Source: Octopus vulgaris (taxonomy: Eukaryota). Taken from it: 64,000 nucleotides of DNA. The stretch spans positions 94,984,001-95,048,000 of the forward strand of contig OX597814.1 of assembly GCA_951406725.2 (NCBI GenBank), read 5' to 3'. Made by a program: the position numbers and the translations under genes. Under the pieces are notes generated by a model. That model made no database searches. It had not been told where the DNA came from and saw nothing but the letters and a program-made list of their open reading frames with translations. Of this stretch, positions 58,681 through 64,000 are shown piece after piece (position 1 is the stretch's first letter; each line of letters opens with the position of its first letter).

Positions 58681-59010
58681 GCTATGGCTCAGTGGCTAGA
58701 GCGTTGGAGCATTAGTTAGTACGATTCACAGACCGGGCCGTGTGTTGTGTTCTTGAGCAAGTCACTTGTTTCACGTGGCTCCAGTTCACTCAGCTATAGA
58801 AATGAGTTGCGACGTCACTGGTGTCAAGCTGTATCGGCCTTTGCCTTTCCATTGGACAACATCGGTGACCTGGAGAGGGGAGGATGGTATGCATGAGTGA
58901 CTGCTGGTTTTCCATAAACAACTTTGCCTGGATTTCTGCCTAGGAATGAAACTTTCTAGGTGCAATCCCATGGTCATTCATGACCGAAGGGGTCTTTACC
59001 CTTACCCTTT
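58681..59010 (+). mobile_element. tRNA-headed SINE, family C
   Basis: A box TGGCTCAGTGGCTAGAGC, decayed B box, TGTGTTCTTGAGCAAG..CAGTTCACTCAGCT body, (TTACCC)x2 tail. Confidence 0.8.
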
Positions 59011-60524
59011 TATTCTAAGAAGGATAAGTGGAACAAAGAGTGTTCAGTCGTCAGTTCAGGAAAACAAGCACACTGGTTGGTTCCTAAAACTACAATCAAC
59101 CCATTGACTTTATCTAAAAAGATATTTTAACACATATGACACAACGATTTTTATGCGACTAAATGTATCATAATACCTTCATTTCAACAGGTGATGATTT
59201 TAATTTCTCCTCACTGTTAGTGTCTTAGGGTCAATGATTTTTAATTGCTTTTTGTTTTTGTCTTTGTTTGTTTTTCTTTTTGTTTTTTTAATGGCAATTA
59301 TTTGGATTATACAGAGTAAAACTCAATGAAGTTTTTCTCGACAGTTTGAGAAGCAACCTATTTTCACAGTTCCTTTTGTAACAGTCAAAATCAACTTCAG
59401 CACAGCATTCAGTCGACTGTTAGTCCATTTTCATCCGCCTTGACAAGTTTTGGCTGGATGGGATAGAAAATTGAGGAATCACTTTCCGTCAGGTTACGTA
59501 CATAAATACCATTATTTTCCACAAAACATAGTCACAACGTTTTGTTTCATAAATGCGAAAATATAATATATTCTCTACAAAATGTTTTATGCAATTTTTT
59601 TATCAATGAAGAGCATGAAAACTTATATTTCTTTATATGCATTAATGTCCCAATTCCAACATGTCTTTTATAATTTCTAATATTTTTAAGAACTAATACC
59701 GTTTAACTATATATTTCTATGTATGCATTTGTGTGTTCATGCATGTATGGATGGATGGATGGATGGATGGATGGAGGCATGCATGCATGTATGCCATAAA
59801 ATTTCTCTCTGGTGCACAAGTCTGAACAAAACATAATATGCAAATTCATGTTATCAAATGTAATAGGTGTAATTAAAACTACATAGGACAAACGAAATTA
59901 ACCCTGTGGCACAAAATGACAACTCGCCGTCAACAGATGAGAATCCCAGTATCAGAAAAATACCCATTGGTAAAGTTTTGACCTTTTCCAATGAACAAGC
60001 ATTCTAAATTCTAAATTTTCTCTTTGTATCAATGTATAGGAAATACCTCAATCTAATTCTGATTAAAAGAAGGAAAATATGTTTATTAAGAAATATAAAC
60101 CAAAGCTAAATACTTTACAACAACGCGATAGTTAAGAAAATGCAGTATATTCGACTCAACGAAACAACTCGAAACAACAAAGTAATAAAAGTAAATCAAA
60201 TTTTGCGGTAACAGGCTTCCTCCGGGATTCGAAAACCTAACTTCAAACTTCTGTTATAGCATTTTTTCGGCCCTATTTGCCGAGCCACGCTAAGATTGAC
60301 CGATTGGATTGTGTTTTTGGTTAAAACTGGACTCTGAAGGAAAAAAGGTGATGCTATTAAGCATTCAGTCGACTGAGACATCACAGAAACAAGTGGTGTC
60401 TTAAGGGATTCAGTCAACTGGAACGCTAGATTACTGCCAGAGAAAAAGAAGTGACCAGAACATTTGGTTTTTAAAACTGACGTCCGCAAATTGTCAACAA
60501 CCAGAAGACTGGACTACTACTAAT

Positions 60525-61825
60525 AAGACTACAACTAAAGCTAGTTTAAATTAGCTCATTTATTAGCTAAGAAAGAGGATCGTTTGATAGTGGAAAGGGA
60601 TTAATTAACTCTTGTATGAGAATGTAGCTGGAAAGTTTGTCTAGAAAAATGTATTCATTCAAGTATGTTAGTCTTTGACATAAAACATATGAAGAATGCC
60701 AAAGACATGAGTCATTTTGTACCAATTAAACAATAAAATGCAATATTTCCGGTGGTTATCCCTGCTGTTGAGGAACCAAGGGACATATCCGACAATTCCG
60801 TGATGCGTTGCTCATTCAGGGAACTAATACTAACTTTAAAATTACTAAAAAAAACTAGCTGAACAGCAGGCAAAGATGCAGTCACTTTCAAAAAAGTGGA
60901 AATAAAATATTGATCAAGTACAAAATGGTTTGGAAACTTCAGAAGTATGATACATTTGACTGTCGAGAACATATGTATGGTGTTAGGAAAGGTTTTGTTG
61001 GAAAAGTCCACAAAATTTTGAGTCTGAAGTGAAGTGTCTCTCTAATGTTTCATTACATCATTCAGCAACAGATACTTCATGGAAAACATTTATATCTCTC
61101 ATGTGTAATAGAACACGTCCATCAGCAGTGTTTATTCAATGGCATGCATTCTATCAGCGCCACTTTCAAATCTCGCGATTTTTATCTTTAGATAAAGATT
61201 GAAAAATGTTTAATGAAAAAAACAGTTTTCAGCCGTTACAACAAACTGTTGATATAATGATGTATCTTATTCAGTTCGACAAGGCAACACTGAATTTATG
61301 TGACGTATTCTCTGCAGTAAAACTTTTCGATATGAATTAATCATTTTCACCTCCAGCTCACAATAAGTAACTTCAATCACTTTCTCAGCTGGGAAAAATG
61401 CAACGAAAAAGAAAAATATTCTATTTCCTTTCGAATATTCTCAAGACATTCTCAACAGTCTAAAGCTAAAATTTCGACAGCTTTTTCAAATCTCTATGAA
61501 AAGGCGAAAGCATTAAAACTCTTTCAAAATCCATTTGGCTGTATTGTCAAGGAAATTCCGATCTTCAGATCTTCAAATACAGGTTATTGATCTGCAGTCA
61601 AACAACTTGTTAAAAGAAAAGCACAAAAGAGGCGAAAATTGATTGACTTTTATAAATGCCTTCAGACGAAGGACACACTGCGTTCAAAAGTCTTTGCTTG
61701 AGGATGGATTCTAACCTATTAATGTGAACAAGAAAACATTTTCTTTCAAATATAAAATATATTAAGTACGCTTTCAAACCAGGTAACTGATTGCCAATTT
61801 GCAGTCAGTTTTGATTACGGGAATC
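60525..61825 (+). pseudogene. Heavily decayed hAT transposase, GTF2IRD2/EPM2AIP1 (Charlie/Buster)-like
   Basis: Colinear frameshifted remnants TTKAS..LAHLLAKK, AVEEPRDISD, MYGVRKGFVGKV, IIQQQILHGKHLYLSCVIE, LFQNPF, LQIQVIDLQSNNLLK, LIDFYKCL, TY*CEQ, NLQSVLITG. Compared with family motifs (ALDESTD, HCIIHQQ.LC, STYLCE) from memory. Confidence 0.8.
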
Positions 61826-63584
61826 ACAATTTACAATACTTTGTCCTAAAATATGAATAATAGAGTTCTCAGTCATTGACAATGCATGCTATTTGCATAT
61901 TCTTGTATTGTGGTGGCTTCATTTTTATTCGCATTGATCCCACCCACACAACCTCGAGATACAAAATTATTTCCAATCTGGTGCGTCTCCAGAAAATATG
62001 ATTATGAATCTTAACCTAGGTTTTGTTCACTGCATCTTTTGGTCGACTGTACACATTAGTAGATGTGATGAAATGGCTGATGACAACTGAATTAGTGAAA
62101 TTGCGCTCGACACACTATCAGACATGAATTGCTATTCACCATACATCAGAATGGCCTGTTTTTTTTATGTTCACGAAGGAGAATTAGAATATGTGTCACC
62201 GATGGAAATAAGCTGTTCTCTTTTGTTTAGGATTTTAATGGATGCAGATAAACAATGTTAAAATTTCTCAGTATGTCCGATATCTCAGTATTTCAGTCCT
62301 CACAATATTCCAATTAATTCTAGTGATTTTGGTGGGATCTCCTTAATCTCTTGTCCTCAAAATAGAATTTGAAATTGATACAGCAGTCTTCAGGAATCGA
62401 TTATTGAATGAGCCATGGTGCTACTGTGTGTGCCTTTTAAATGAATATCCCATGTGTGTTGGTTGATGTGTGGTAAATAGAAATATAGCATGCAATACTA
62501 TTTTTCTGAAAATTTTCTTGGGAGTGATCAGCGCTCCATATAATTGCAATTGGCAATCAGCTGAACTGTGGAATTGACCGGTAAACTGTTTGGGGTTTGT
62601 TTTGGTCCAGGCCTCCATGTGAATCGGTGACAAGGTGGTACTCAGAAATGAGATGCTCAGAAGTTATTCCTTGAAAATCGGATATCGATGGGGAACGAAA
62701 AGAAAAATTAGTTAGTGCCCTAAGTAACCCCCTTTTATGGTAGGGGTTCTTTTCCGGGGCAATACTTAATATATTAGAACTATTGTCTTTGTATATATGT
62801 TTCTTTCGTCAGAAGATCCATCCACTATTAACGTTCATTGTGACAACCCCTCGTGGTTGATGATGCGCAGTAATAGGTAGAGATTATGTCACCTGCTGAA
62901 TTTTCTGGACAGGGAGCAAGTGTAGTGGTCTTTCTGTTACGTTTTGTATTTCGAAAAGGGAATCTGATTTATCATACAAACCGCAGTTTACTCATCATAT
63001 GATATATAGAATAGAGATAGAGCTGGACTATATGCTTAAATCAAAATAACTTTCCCACAAAACAAAATTTCGAAATACAAACCAAAATTACTTCTATTTT
63101 ATGCAAATCAGAAATAGAAAAGGCTGAGATTCCCTGGCTTCTATAATTTCAGAAATATCAAACATTCAATCAAGCAAACAAACGTTAAAAACAGTGACAC
63201 CTACTATTTGGGAAGTTGGATATCTTAGCTATGAAGTAATGCTTACGATGTACAACATGTATGCTTAAAACTTTTTGTAGACTTAGATTTTCAGAATAAT
63301 TCAAATTGGAATTAAGTATTTTCTTATGATTTGAGTCAGAGAGGAAAGCAGTGCCAACTGCTTATATGAAAAGAGAAATGCATCCTCTAACTGGAAACCT
63401 GACCAAAATGGAATGAACCCCCACGAAAGGCACCCAATGACCAGGTGATGCTGCCAAACCGCGTGACGGATTAAGTCTGCGACTCAAGTAGCCAAGGCGG
63501 GATTTGAGCTCACAACACAAACAGCCGAAACAAATACAAAAAGACATCTGTCCAACGTTAATGAATCTACCAATTCCACTGTTT

Positions 63585-63735
63585 TTTACTGGTACTTTAT
63601 TTTATCGACCCAGAAAAATAAATGATAAAGTTGATAAAGTTGACCGCGGCGGGATTCGAATACAAAACACAAGAGACCAAATAAACAACCGCAACGCATT
63701 TCATTCCATGATCTGACGAACGACTACCGTTATTT
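63585..63735 (-). mobile_element. Degenerate family A SINE fragment
   Basis: ACTGGTACTTTATTTTATCGACCC..GTTGACCGCGGCGGGATTCGAA. Confidence 0.65.
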
Positions 63736-64000
63736 CGTCATCTAAACTTAGAATATGACCTTTCTTCAATGGTATACAATTATATTTCTTACTCTGCTGT
63801 GCTTTAAATTATGTCTCCGTCTTCTCGTCATCACTTCGCTGTTATTAAAATTACCTCATCTCACTCAAGGGAACTATAATTTGCAGATTTATAGTAATGT
63901 TTACATAGATTCATTAAATCAAATTTCTTTCATTGCTCTAATGGAAACTACTATTTACGTTGATTATAGACATTTAAGCTTTAAATATTTATTTATTTAG

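Noticed and set aside
60712-61011. 99 aa minus-strand ORF
   Set aside because: Antisense to the decayed hAT transposase.
62071-62112. CTGATGA..GAAA motif
   Set aside because: Stems I and III do not pair.
62786-62816. Minus-strand CTGACGA-AA-GAAA motif
   Set aside because: No room for stem II, and stem I is out of register.

Overview
Eukaryotic, AT-rich, microsatellite-saturated, largely non-coding DNA. The repeat style suggests a cephalopod such as Octopus (inference only). No complete host gene can be supported; one candidate first coding exon lies at ~40391-40653 (-). Almost all ORFs in the track are microsatellite artefacts or antisense shadows of transposons. Real content: a young 5'-truncated CR1/L2-group LINE (36807-39597, one frameshift), an R4/Dong-like endonuclease fragment, several decayed Tc1/mariner/pogo elements and MITEs, a decayed GTF2IRD2/Charlie-like hAT transposase, Helitron-like elements and many tRNA-headed SINEs. 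The most interesting signal is invisible to the ORF track: five type I hammerhead ribozyme motifs with intact catalytic cores, from four unrelated sequence families, plus degenerate ones. They sit in short non-coding elements next to (TA)n tracts, with direct- or inverted-repeat architecture typical of Penelope-like pseudo-LTRs or retrozymes. One is a 3.1 kb cassette with perfect 217 bp ribozyme-bearing inverted repeats around microsatellite DNA. Several long fold-back palindromes are also present. All calls were made by eye; no searches or folding were run, and repeat boundaries are approximate.
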